The notes under the pieces: model-generated
What the model saw: the letters and a program-made list of their open reading frames with translations, nothing else
Database searches by the model: none
Told to the model about the DNA's origin: nothing
Shown: positions 12,850 to 24,724 of the stretch, one piece after another
How the letters are laid out: every line of letters starts with the position of its first letter
How positions within the stretch are numbered: the stretch's first letter is position 1
Translations under genes and position numbers: made by a program
Assembly (NCBI RefSeq): GCF_964194155.1
Contig: NC_135901.1
Coordinates: 2,852,001 to 2,916,000 of the forward strand
Length of the DNA: 64,000 nt
Source: Cetorhinus maximus
Lineage: Eukaryota
Reading direction: 5' to 3'

Positions 12850-13105
12850 CCCTATCTCATCTGAATAAGGCGTTTCAGGATTCCGTCCCTCCCTGGAAAC
12901 TTGACCCCCAGGATCGATAACGATACTTCAGTTCAGTCCTCAGGGAATGGTGTACCATCAGAGGGGCCGGATTTCGGATGAGATGTTAAATCGAGGACAC
13001 CGCCTACTCTTTCAGGTGGATATGATGGCTCACATGAACACTGTTTTGAAGGAGAGATGGGGAATTGTTCTGGACAATAATTCTCCACCAATCACCGTCA
13101 CTGAA
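12850..13105 (+). mobile_element. Deu-domain SINE (SacSINE/AmnSINE-like), decayed
   Basis: tttcggatgagatgttaaatcgagg..tcaggtggat.. matches the Deu core as recalled. A related copy lies on the minus strand at 37.84-38.11 kb. Confidence 0.55.
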
Positions 13106-13700
13106 ATAGTTATGGTTGTTGAAGGTCAATCATCTGAGCTCCAGGACATCACTGCAGGAGTTCCTCAGGGCCAAAGTTTGTCCTAGGCCAAACAATCTTC
13201 AGCTGCTTCATCAATGACATTCCTTCCATCATAAGGTCAGGAGTGGGGATATTTGGCTGATGATTGCACAATGTTCTGCACCATTCACAACTGAACAGAT
13301 ACTGAAGCAGTCCATGTCCAAATGTAGCAAGACCTGAACAATATCCAGGCTTGGGCTGACAAGTGGCAGATAATATTCACGCCACACAAGTGCCAGGCAA
13401 TGACCATCTCTAACGAGAGAGAATCTAAGAATCGCCCCATGACATTCAGTGGCTTTACCATCACTGAATCCCCAACTATCACCACCTTGGGGGCTATCAT
13501 TGACCATAAACTGAACTGACCTAGGCATATAAATACCGTGGCAAAAAGACCAGGTTAGAGGCTAGGAATCCTGCGGCGAATAACTCACCACCTGACTCCC
13601 CAAACCTGTCCACCATCCACAAGATACAAGTCAGGGGCTTGATTAAATATTCTCCACTTGCTGCATGAGTGCAGCTCCCACAACACTCAAGAAGCTTGAC
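13105..13700 (+). mobile_element. LINE reverse-transcriptase fragment
   Basis: ..QDITAGVPQG.., ..FADDCT.. and ..AWADKWQIIF.. motifs with frameshifts. Confidence 0.75.
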
Positions 13701-15475
13701 GCACACCGACGTCCACGAGACTCCCTCCACACCCCGCCTACGCCACAGTGGGTCAGCCCTACACTTTATACCGAATGTTGAAAACCTGAACAATATTCCG
13801 GTGACGGTGAGTGGAACCCCCTCCTTCCGCCACCGCCTCCATCATCACCGTCGTACATTGGCTCAGTGCCTGTCTGGCCTCAACGGTTAAATACCTGAGA
13901 GATTTACCTGTGAAGATCAGCTCCCCATGCCGTCTGCTCTCACTCGTTAAAGATTTGAAACATTGAGCTGTGACAGGCGAATAGATTAGCTCTGTGTCTG
14001 TCTGTATGCTTTAAGACACCTGCACAATGCGGAATATTAAGTTGAGGCTAAGAACGATGGGTGATGCAGAGGGAGTTTGATAAAATTGAGGCTCAGTATG
14101 GTGCCTATGGAGAGAAGCACTAACAGAGGGGCATAGGTGAAGGTGGGATTGAAAACATTGAGTGGCAGAGACACATAAACAGAGAGAGATGCAGTATGCA
14201 GAGGTGAGGACAGTTAGTGGTGCAAAGAGAGGACAGCAGAATGATATTGATGCGGATATGTGTTGATAAATATAAATGCACAGAAAGTGAACAGCTGATA
14301 ATTATTGTTCTCCCTTCTGCCCCTTGGTGCAGTGAACTGCGGTGAAGGAGTCATCACTGCTCTGTGTAATACAAATGGACAAGAGAGACTAAAACTGACT
14401 GAAGTTCTGGGACACACAGATAGTCTATAGACTCCTCAGTGACACCAGGAGACATGAGAATTGGTGAAACCTGGAGATTTTAATCAGGAAAATGGGAATG
14501 ACGCTGGAGGAAACAATGGGAAACAAAGGCAAAAATTAACAAACAGCAATGTAGATGGAAGTTTATTCTTCCATGTTCTGTACTGTTCAGGCCGTGGTAG
14601 GGCAGAGCTCAACTCTTTCTTAGAACTTGACATGAGACAGTAACAGCCCATAATATGAGAGAGACTCGCCAAGATTCCCTAGTCGCTGTGCGCTCATTCT
14701 GCCTTTGGGGTTTGACAGAAAGGGGCAAAGGTAAAGGTCTCTTTATTGTGATGTGACAATGGATGACGCAATGGTTCCTTCACCAAGGGGCCTTGAGTTT
14801 AAACTCAAACCAGCCAGGACTGCCGAAGAAACCCTGTCAGGGAAAGGGGGAAAATCCATGCTATTGCAGCGGTGTGGAGGAGCCTTGGAGAAAATAATTT
14901 ATCAAAGTCCAAATTAGTTCTTCGTCATTCAACATTTGTTAGCAATTTCACAGAGAATATTTTACAGTATTTTTCTAATAATTGACAGAAAGTGTTTATG
15001 ACAACTGGGCATCACCTTGAGAAAATAAGCACATGGGAGCAGAGAACAGCGGGGTTCAACATAGAGAGAAGGGAGCAATTGAGAATAGAACAAGGGACAC
15101 TTTACTCTTGGACTACTGGAATATTCAACCAACGATGAAAATCTAAGATACATTTCTATTACAGCCACAACCATCTCACAAACTTCAAACAGAAAGACCA
15201 AATCGCGTTTTTCGGTTTCCTCTGTTTAACTGAAGACATTTTACTTTGAGGATCGTCAAGAGGACATATTTCATTTTCATTTTCATACCATAGTGATCTT
15301 GATAAACGGATGTGGAAAATGCATGGCGTTGGCCATTCAACGGGCCATCTGATAAAGGGATGAAGCAAAGTTTATGGCCTGGGTAATTTATCTCGGGGTT
15401 ACTGTCCTCGAAACATTTGGGGATTTTTCCAACCGCTTCAGCCAGCCTGAAATGTGAGTAGACTGAACTTCTCAC

Positions 15476-15602
15476 TTTCACCAGAGTGACGGCAGCATTG
15501 TGGGAAATGATGAAGAGGAACGGGGTGATGAATTTAGAAGCGGTTGTCTATATGTTGCCAGCCTCTTCCTCATTGCTTTAATCCAGGTGTGGTCTGGGAA
15601 AT
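15476..15602 (-). pseudogene. Orphan, decayed IgH transmembrane exon (TM1), with TM2/3'UTR relic extending to about 14870
   Basis: DFPDHTWIK-(frameshift)-NEEEAGNI*TTASKFITPFLFIISHNAAVTLVK with AG/GT ends. It is 127 nt versus 128 nt for TM1 at 44355-44482, and the flanking intron and UTR also align by eye with 43.7-44.6 kb. Confidence 0.85.
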
Positions 15603-16827
15603 CTACGAGAATGTGGGGGAGAAAATCTAATCAGATGGTTTATTAATTCAGAGCACGATATTATTATTGTAGATTCTCTTCTTTCCTCCTAAAGGCACAT
15701 GTTTCTTCTCTACTTTACTTTTCAATCTGCATCTTGCGGCATGTTGATCACTCAGCAATATCTCTCTCTGTTTCTATCTCCACTGCCACTTTTCCTGAAT
15801 GATCTTCAAAGTCATATTGGAAGATTAAATTCTGATACTAATCACTGGGCAAGGCGAGTGAGTGAAAGTTTTGGGAGATTGGGAAAGGGATACTAAACTG
15901 TGGAGGAAAATGCACCCTGAGATCTGACTACTGAAGCCATTTACCGTACGGAGGCTGGATATGGGTTATCAAGAAGCCAACGACAATTCAAAGCCTCTTT
16001 ATATTGTTTCTTGTTCTGTACCACATCTTTCTCTAATCTGAATGAGATTTGTAAGGCCAGTATTTTATGCACTGCTAGCCTTAAGCTCTTGTCAGTGTAT
16101 ATTATCCCTGCAACTCGCCCTGGGGGCGTTGATCCTGCTTCCCGCACTCTATTAAACAGAGGAGTGTGAACAGCTACAGAGAATCGATGTGGCACAATCT
16201 CCTTTCTGTCTCTTTTCAAATCCAAGGTCCTAAGATGATGGGTGTTTCAATATATCCAGACTGTCACAAAGAAGGACAGAGCTAACCACATAGTTATAAA
16301 CACATGTTTTAAATGCAAACCTCAGACGGGTCGGCTCTCGAAACATTGTTTAAATTAGAGGGAGAGTTGTTTCTCTAGGTTAGTTCAACTGTTTGTTCAA
16401 TAACAACAAATATCTCGTTCTAATATCACGGATCTATAAATCACTGAGACAAAATACAGAATCACTCTTAGCTCTATAGTTAACTGACGCTTGATAGAAA
16501 TCTCACTGGAGTTACTGTTCCCACTCTCATGACAGTCAGACCAATTTTGTGTTTCCCGGTTACAATAAACACCCAAGGTTTTTTCTTTCCCCACCCCGGT
16601 CTCTAAAGCTGAGTCATTCCCTCTATCAAGACAATGACTGCCGTCCAGCTCGGGATGTGTCCATTCAGTTAGAGGCAGCTCACCACCTGTCGCTCTCACA
16701 ACAGCACTGAGAACAGAAGGAAGTGAGGTGAGAACATCCGGAGACACGGCAGCAGGTTATTGAGGGCGGGGTTTAGAACGGGTGGCTTCAAATATCCAAT
16801 TTCCCTTGTACAGAGCGGATAGTGACA

Positions 16828-17276
16828 ATGCATCTGGGTTGTGTGGGGAGCATTTTTCACAGGTAATTGTGGGCTAAACTCATTTCATCATCTCTCGAAC
16901 TTCTCGCACACGTTTTGAATTTTAAACAGCCGCTGGTCTGACCTTTCATTGTTTGAAAATGTTTTTCAGATCTGAGTCACGGAGATCCTGTCACTCAACC
17001 GCTGTCCTCAGATGTTAAGACAGAAGGAGAAGCGGTGACTTTAAGCTGTACCTATGATACTAGACAGAACAGCTATAATTTATTCTGGTACCGACAACAC
17101 CCAGACTCGCAGCCCGAGTTTATATTGAGGAAGAATTCAGCCGGTTATGAAGATAAAGCAGATTACGCCAAAAGCCGTTTCTCTGTAGAGCTCCAGACCT
17201 CGAATAAATTCACCAGTTTAACCATCTCGGGTCTGCGGCTGACTGACGCTGCCGTGTATTACTGCGCTCTCAGACT
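16828..17276 (+). pseudogene. TRDV: TCR delta/alpha-type V: intact V exon (16970-17276), frameshifted leader (16828-16862)
   Basis: V exon DLSHGDPVTQ..VTLSCTYDTRQNSYNLFWYRQHPDSQPEFIL..SRFSVELQ..DAAVYYCALR is open. The leader is 35 nt (phase 2) where phase 1 is required. Confidence 0.8.
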
Positions 17277-17315
17277 CACAGTGATGGAGAGCAGTATGAC
17301 CCCTGTACAAAAACT
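17277..17315 (+). other. 23-bp-spacer RSS (consensus heptamer)
   Basis: cacagtg + 23 nt + acaaaaact. Confidence 0.95.
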
Positions 17316-18204
17316 GTCGCTAGATTGTGGATTGGAGCTCCTGTCGGCTGGGGTTTGTATCGAACCTGGGGCAGATGCAACCACAATGTTCAGCGGCGCT
17401 GTCAAGCTCTCAAACACAAACCGAGCGTAAACCAAATTAACCTCGATTCAAACCGTCACAAAACTGTTTCCAGGAGCCGCCGACAAAACAAGCTGCAGAA
17501 TCCAATTGGACCGATTCAGCACAATATCATGTTTGTTGACACCAATTCTAATCCTCAATAATCTGTTGCTCTGTCTCAGGAAGCTCCCCAGTTCATTTCC
17601 CAGAGGCGGTGCTGAGCTGGGTGTTAGTGAATGGAAACACCCCGAGCTGAGATACAGTATTGAAAGGGGAGTCGTTGCTCTTTTAGAGGCCAGGCCTGGG
17701 TAGGGAATTAAATCCTTGTTTGCTAATTATCGCCAGCGAGCTCCGGGTTGTTGGTGGAGAGAGAAAATATTCCAACATTAAGGAGACATCCTGAAGCAGG
17801 GTACAATGGAGGACTCTGCGTTTTGGGCTTATGAACATCTGTCCATTGTTCATGAGCTGTCCCTGATCCAGTAGCACACTCTGACCAGGCCGAGGTCAAA
17901 GGCTGTGGGAAGGTTACAGGGGAGATGGGGACAGAGCTGCTCAATATCACAGGCAGGGACAGAAAGAGCCCAAAGGACAAAAATATGTTCATGCTCCGCA
18001 AAAAAACTTATGCAGATCATTTTTAGTATAAATGCGAGCTGAAACCAACTAATTTAACTCCCAATTCCCCTCGTTTGTTCTTGTTAAGTGTTTTGTTTCA
18101 TGACCTTTTCGGAAGGTCCCGGCGAATCTGTGGTTAAATTATCGCTTCCGATTAGCAGCGTGAGAGCGCCCACTGGTGGCCACCAACTGGGACTGCCAGT
18201 GTGA

Positions 18205-18522
18205 GTTTTTCGGCTTTGTCCGCTACATCTCTGCAGTCGTGTGGGCTCCATGACACACGAACAAACGGCGGTGTCGGAGAGACAAGGAGACCAGCGACAT
18301 TTAAATGGACCGTTTCGTTTCCTTTGTGCAAACCAGCAGAGAATCCGTCTGGAAAATCTGGAGACTTACCTCCCGTGTCTGAGCTATATCTGCTCAGTAA
18401 ATATCTCGGAGATTCCCCGGGATTGAGGATGTGGTACAATAGAGTTGGACAGTTTATGTTATCAAGTAGCTACAGCCCAGTGTTGTGTTTTGTCCTTGGA
18501 GAGCAGTTAATTCAGACTAACC
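18205..18522 (-). pseudogene. Inverted TCR V pseudogene with degenerate RSS
   Basis: Acceptor tttcag, then TTLGCSY..PGESPRYLLSRYSSDTGGKSPDFPDGFSAGLHKGNETVHLNVAGL..SDTAVCSCVME with stops and frameshifts. RSS remnant cacacga..gaaaaact. Confidence 0.75.
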
Positions 18523-19384
18523 CTGAAAGAATTGATCCACAGCACTAGTTCCGAAAATGTAAATGCAGAATGTTTCAAAAATCAGAGTAATCATGATCCG
18601 TGGAAAACACACCGACTATTTAAATACAGGCTAAACGAACAGGAAGATTATTTTTATCAATAATGAACATAGAGTGTCTGCTTTAGAGTAATAGAAAATA
18701 GCAGAGTTCCAATTATGAACTATGGAGTTGAAATAGCGATGGTTAAACTTTCACAAGTCGATGACCATCCTGTTCTGCTCACCGTTCAAGTGACTGAGGA
18801 CAAATAAAGTGGCAGGGACATGATAATACTTGAATCTTGGAATCATAGAGCACGGAATGGGGCCATTCGGCCTATCATGCCAGTGCCTCTTTGAAGGAGC
18901 TATTCGGTTCGTCTTTCGACTCCTGCATTTCCACATCATTCGGATTTTCCCCATTTCCAGTTTCACACCTTCCTTTTAAAAGTTACGATTTAATCTTTGC
19001 TTCCACCGTTTTGGGCAGTGTATTCCAGATTTTAAAAAATCGCCGGGTCATAAATGAAGTGAACCTTTCCCTATGTTTTTCTCTCTTACTCCGGGTGATT
19101 GGATTTTCCAATTTTCTTCTTGTGGTACTGGCTGCTTCTGATGCATTCTATCAAACCATTGATAATTTTGAGCAACTCAACTAAGTATTTCCTCTAAATT
19201 CTTTGAAATCAAGTGAACAAACCCAGTTTCTCCCGTCTGCTCACATAAAAGCCCCTCATCCCTCTCTCGGGTTTACAAATAGTCATTTGCTAGTACAGAA
19301 CTTGAGCATTTGTGAAAAAAGAGACATGTCGAAGTATTTCGTCTTGCACTCATCGGGACAGTTTTGCAAGACATCTACGGCAGG

Positions 19385-19950
19385 ATACGAAAAAGCTGGA
19401 CAAACTCATCATGTCAGGCAGCTTTGTGGACAAGGCAACAGATCTCACCTTTCACCTCCAGATCCTTTCATTGAAACTGGGAAAGGTTAAAAATGTAGGA
19501 AGTTTTAAACAAGTGAAATGGAGATGGGAGGAAACACAACCACAGGAAAGGGCTCTGATAGGGTGGAAGTCTGGAGAGATTCAATGAGAAAAGAGTTTGG
19601 GTGCGTGGCATCAGAGTGAGGTAATCAGACTGATAGAATGATTACACCACAGGATGAGACGATTCGGACCGTCGGGCCTGTGCCAGCTCCCTGTACGAGC
19701 AATGGAAGACACAAAAGATGTGGCTGGAGGAGCAGTCAATGACAACTGCCGCCTGGAAACAAAACAAAAACAAGTGTAATCGAGAGAAACCGCAAATCTG
19801 CAGTGTAGAGGAAACAAAATGGCGGCAGCATTTACAGTGTGAAATTGTTGAGCTCAGCCTGAGTGTGAAGGCTGTAAAGAGCCCAGTTGAAAGATAAGGT
19901 TCTGTTCCTCGAGTGTAGGTTGAGCTTATTTCGAACACTGCGGGAGGTCG
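19385..19950 (-). mobile_element. Penelope-like element relic
   Basis: pLTR-like end plus LEEQNLIFQLGSLQP on the minus strand, matching the C-terminus of the 25.1-25.7 kb ORF. Confidence 0.6.
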
Positions 19951-20074
19951 AGGGGCGGGAGATCATGGTTAACATCCAAGTCACCGGTCATTCCAATTCT
20001 CCACTTTGACTCTGTGGATTATTTCGTTCGTTAGTTGGATGTGGAGGGGATGTTCGTCCTTGTGACAGAATCAA

Positions 20075-20372
20075 GAAGTGGGCCGCCCTTTAAAAATATG
20101 GGATGGCCCATTTAAAACAGAGATGAGGTGACTTTTTTTCTCTCGGAGGGTCCTGAGTCTTGGGAACTCTCTTCCTGAAAAGGCGGTGGAGGCAGATTCT
20201 GTGAATATTTTTAAGGCAGAGGTGGATAGATTCTTGGTAAGCAAGGGAATGAGAGGTTATCGGGGAGTAGGTGGGATGCAGATTTGAGGTTACTATCAGA
20301 TCAGCCGTGATCTTATTAAATGGCGGAACAGGCTCGAGGCCCGGATGGCTTCCTCCTGCTGCTTGTTCGTCT
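20075..20372 (+). mobile_element. CR1 LINE 3' fragment
   Basis: Similar to 11.1-11.4 kb and 41.8-42.1 kb. Confidence 0.75.
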
Positions 20373-21109
20373 GTACCTGTGAAGTTAACGTTGATCTTGG
20401 GCATTCAATCCTATACAAACAAACCTGTGCTCAGACACTATCTCTCTTCACAAAGTTCCACTCAATCATACACTCACCAAAGACTCTGGCACTTTGATAC
20501 TTGTTGCCCAGCAATTGGCCTCAGTCCTGTCTGACTTCCCTGCGCCTTAATTCTCTATGAAGTGGAATGCTGAAGTGGGTGAAATGATTCACACTCTACT
20601 GAGTGTAACTCCTAGAATACAAATAAACGCTGGTCAAATGAGAAGGAAGCTGTGGGATTCCAGCTCTGTCAGTCCTCCTGTTGTCTCAGACGGGATTACA
20701 ATTGGAGACACACAGCCAGCTGCCTGAACCCGCCAGCGTGGGGCCACCTGAATTGGCGAATACGGAGAAGGTGAAGGTCCATTTACATGGTCAAGCCTTT
20801 CGAAAACGTATCTTAACTTTCTTGCACTTGGGTTGTGCTGATAGATTCCCTGCAGCATGTGCTCAGGTTCTTAAAACCAAACCCCATGTAAACCAATCCC
20901 GCCGTAGACACCGCAACCAAATGAACAAAGCACAGCTTGTGACTATGCCAAAAGGAAACAAGATCAAAGGGCCCGTCCAAGATCTCACACATTTTTGGCG
21001 AGAGAAACACCAAAATCGAGAATCACTCCCCAAGACCAACGATCCTTTAACAATCAGCCACCTCAACCAAAAGATACTTCCACTGCCAGCCAAAGCTGAT
21101 CACACATCT

Positions 21110-21390
21110 GCAGCGAAAGCTGTAAGCGCTGGAAAAACTCAGGCGGTCAGGCAGCATCTGTGGACAGGGTAAGGAAGTTCATGTTTCACTTCCATGACCT
21201 TTCATGAAAGCCTGGGAAGGTTGGAAATGTGGGAAGTTTTAAAGAAGCGGAATCGTGGAAGGAGGAAGCATTAAAAACAGGAAAGGGGTCTGATCGGTTG
21301 GAAGTCAGGGGAGAATATGAACTCTGTTTTTCTCTCCACAGATGCTGCCAGATCTGGTGAGTTTTTCCGGCATTTTATGTTTTTATTACC
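21110..21390. mobile_element. Penelope pLTR-derived element with inverted ends
   Basis: ctggaaaaactcagg..ggcagcatctgtgga at the left end, and its reverse complement tccacagatgctgccaga..gagtttttcc at the right. Confidence 0.55.
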
Positions 21391-23581
21391 CTATCCAACG
21401 CGCCGGAGGAACAAAGAATCCTAAACCAGAATATCATTTAATTGCAATGCAAAGCAGATCAGGCATCTCCGGCAAAAGCCGATAGTGCTGGAAAAGCTCA
21501 GCACGTCAAACAGTATTTATGCAACTGGGAACAAAGCTCATCTTTCACTTCAATGGCCTTTCAGCTTCGTTTGAGACCATTGACGGACGAGGCCTTCGTT
21601 GTTTTCCGCCCATCACCATTCTTTGTCACATATTGGGCTGTCAATGGGACTTAAAGATCCAGAGCCCAACATTGCCGGCTCTGCTATTTGACCCGGGGTC
21701 CGTTTAAGCAAACATTATGACCACTCCACCACACAAACAATGCCCAGCGCTGAACTGAACGAGCTAGAATGTCAAACCGTGCAGTTTCGCTGTACTTCAG
21801 AACCTTTGTGGAAATACAATTCGGCTGAAATACAGCCACGTGGCAGAGAAATTGATCTAACATTAGAATCATAAAATGTATTACCAGATTTGGAGACTAT
21901 TCAAAAGTTCCCACATTTGCGAACTACCTTCCTCCAATGCGCCCCAACTTTTTTCCATTTGGCCTGTCTATAATGTTCAGCTGTGCTGTCATTCAGACCC
22001 ATTTGGGGTCTTTGTTTGGAAGAAATGGAATTCTGCTGCTATAATAAATAATGCTGGAGACAGAATCATCTAACGATGTAATCATAACTTGGCATGGCAC
22101 AATAAGAGGCCCTTCGACCCATCGTATTTATGCCTGCCTTTTAAAAGACCTACCCAATTAGTCTCAATTTCCTTCTCTCTCCCCCTAAATCTGAATTTCC
22201 CCTTTTCGAATCATTGTCCAAATCCCAAATGAAGCAGGGGTTTCTGCAGAACCCATGCACAGATTGCCCTATTTAACAAAGTTTCCCTGACCCAATGACA
22301 TGAAGAGTTGGACTTGGGTTCCTTATACAGTTCTCGATACAGGCATTATTTATTTATGCAAAAGATTTCATATCGAATTTACAAAAGGCGTTTCTTCTTA
22401 TCAAGCAATTCCTCACTATGCTTGAGTTGATATACACAAACTAATGACATTTACTCTACAACCTGTTAACCGAGGGTGTTATATAACAAAGAGTTACAAC
22501 TTAAAACCGTGCTGCAATCACATGCTGAAATGGTTAATTTAGTTTATTTGGTTGAAAACCATTTTGTTCCATGAACAAAATCTTACGCAAGATAAATATT
22601 TGTCTTGGAAACAGGACGGTGCTGATGTACCAGAATGTTTGGAGGATTCCAATGGTTAGATGAGAGGCCATGCCACTTGTTCCAGGGAGACAGTTGTTGG
22701 TGTCAACCTGATCCCTCAGCTTGTTTCGAATATCAAAATGTAGAAGTGTCCTCCAGCAAATATCCTAGGGTGCAATTCTTTCTGCTCAATCATTCATAAC
22801 TTCAGTTTCTTAGCTGAACTACCTTCTAATATTTTCAACTCAATATTTTTTTCCAGGATTCAATATTGAATATTAATATTTTTATCATCATCATGAAACG
22901 AGACTCTCACAAATATCCAACAAAATTCACTTATAAACATAAAAGGCAAACAAAGGAAAACGAGTCATTGGGCAATAGAAATGACTAGGTGTTCATTTTG
23001 AGATTCACATCAGGCAGCCTTTAAACAAAATGAAAGAGATGGTGGTGCTATTTGGATTTGAAGTTTTTTGTTCTAGGTCTGAAACATTATGGTGCTTAAA
23101 TTCCGTTCGTGAACAGGAAATGAGGGGTTTCAACAGATTTGCACTGATCCTCGGTTTCCTCATCCCCTGAGTGGTTTTTCCTAGTCCTCTATTATGAAGA
23201 CCGATAGAAAGTGATTCTGTACCATCTCTGTCATGTCCTCTGCCTCAATTACAGCATCGCTTGCGTCTGACTGAATGAGCACAAATTACTATTAGACATC
23301 TTTGAGACGGAGTTACTATGTTAATCTGCAACTGTATACCCAGTAATTTCTGTTGTTGACTGAACGAACTGCTGATGTGTGTGCCGAGTCAAAATATAAA
23401 CACCCTTTCCTGCTCAGTGTGTCATGAAACTTCACCCCTTCCGGTTTTTCCAAATACATTTTGTGACATAGGGCAAGGGTAAATGTAATACAGCTGTAAG
23501 CAACTCCATTCACTTCATATTCAACAACAAATCAAAATTATCGAGTTTCTCCTCACATTTGGATGAGCAAGCTTTGCTAAC

Positions 23582-23651
23582 GTTTCTGCTCGGTTTCAAA
23601 CCGGGACCTTTGGCTTATAAAGGAAACTGTTCACCGCCACAGTAGAGAAGC
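23582..23651 (-). pseudogene. tRNA-Val relic
   Basis: The reverse strand retains aaggtcccggtttgaaaccgagcagaaac, and the 5' half is decayed. Flanks are homologous to those of the relic at 38.6 kb. Confidence 0.55.
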
Positions 23652-24344
23652 AAGTTGGTGGCAAAGCCCCAATGGGGCTGTCTACAATGTTAAGCTGTGC
23701 CGTCATTCAGGAGCACTTTGGGTCTGAGATGGAAGGAATCGAATTCGGATGCTATGATCAGGAAAGATGCAGGCAGGCTGACCTAACAATGTCATCACAA
23801 AATTGCACAGCACAATGAGAGGCCATTAGACCCAGCACATATATGCCAGCTTTTTTTTCTCAATAGCTAATCAATTCGTCTCAATTTCCTCTCTCTTTCC
23901 ATTAACCTAACTTTACTCCCCGTTCCATGAACATAGACACCCAGGTTTGGACATCAAAATTTTCCAATCTCTCACAACTGAAGCAATGCTTTGCGTTTCT
24001 GTCTCTGACCGAACTGTCAAACGTGCTGGGTTCAAAACACACTCTCTACAGAAGTTAGGGTTTCAATCTGGTCGCTGCCAAAGGTTCAGTTGATTTGCCC
24101 CTGGGGCTACTTCAGCACATGCTTTAGGACGAACAAGTGACAGCTCAAAATGATGCAGCGGAGATAATTTATTTTGACAGAAAGACTGGGGAGAGGCAGT
24201 ATAAACATAAATTCCTGGGGGAGAAGGTGGATATGTGAAGTTCGTTCAGTTGCACTTCCAGAGAGTCAGCATGAACACGACAGGCCGAGTGACCTCCTTC
24301 GGTAGTCATCAATGATTTTAGACGAACAACAGTCTATAGGACCT

Positions 24345-24425
24345 ATAGTCGTGGCCGAGAGCTTAAGGCCATGGACCTTAAATCCACTGGGGCCTCAGCA
24401 TTATATTTTAATCCCGAAGGATGCA
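24345..24425 (+). pseudogene. tRNA-Ser relic
   Basis: atagtcgtggccgagagcttaaggccatggaccttaaatccactgggg resembles the 5' part of vertebrate tRNA-Ser. The T arm is decayed. Confidence 0.6.
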
Positions 24426-24724
24426 CTTCTCATCATTCCTGATCTTAAACAAGTGCACACAGAATTAATTATCGATTAAATGGAATAAAAGGTCATCCAA
24501 ACCCTCCAGCGTTTTTTCCTGTTTCCTTTCATCAGCAAGAATTCAACAAATTTCTAATCTGAAGTATAATAAGTATGAACCAGGCTGGTGGCAGTCTTGG
24601 TTTCTTGCTGTTTGTCTCTCCTCAGGCCTCTCTCACTTTCGGCCTATAGGTCTGTGTGTGTTCCTCTGTGATTGTCAATGCGGTTCAGGTCCCCATTTTT
24701 GCACGTTAAAACTTTATTCATATT

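Noticed and set aside
20681-21172. 163-aa ORF
   Set aside because: No recognisable motif or splice context, and it runs into a Penelope-derived repeat.
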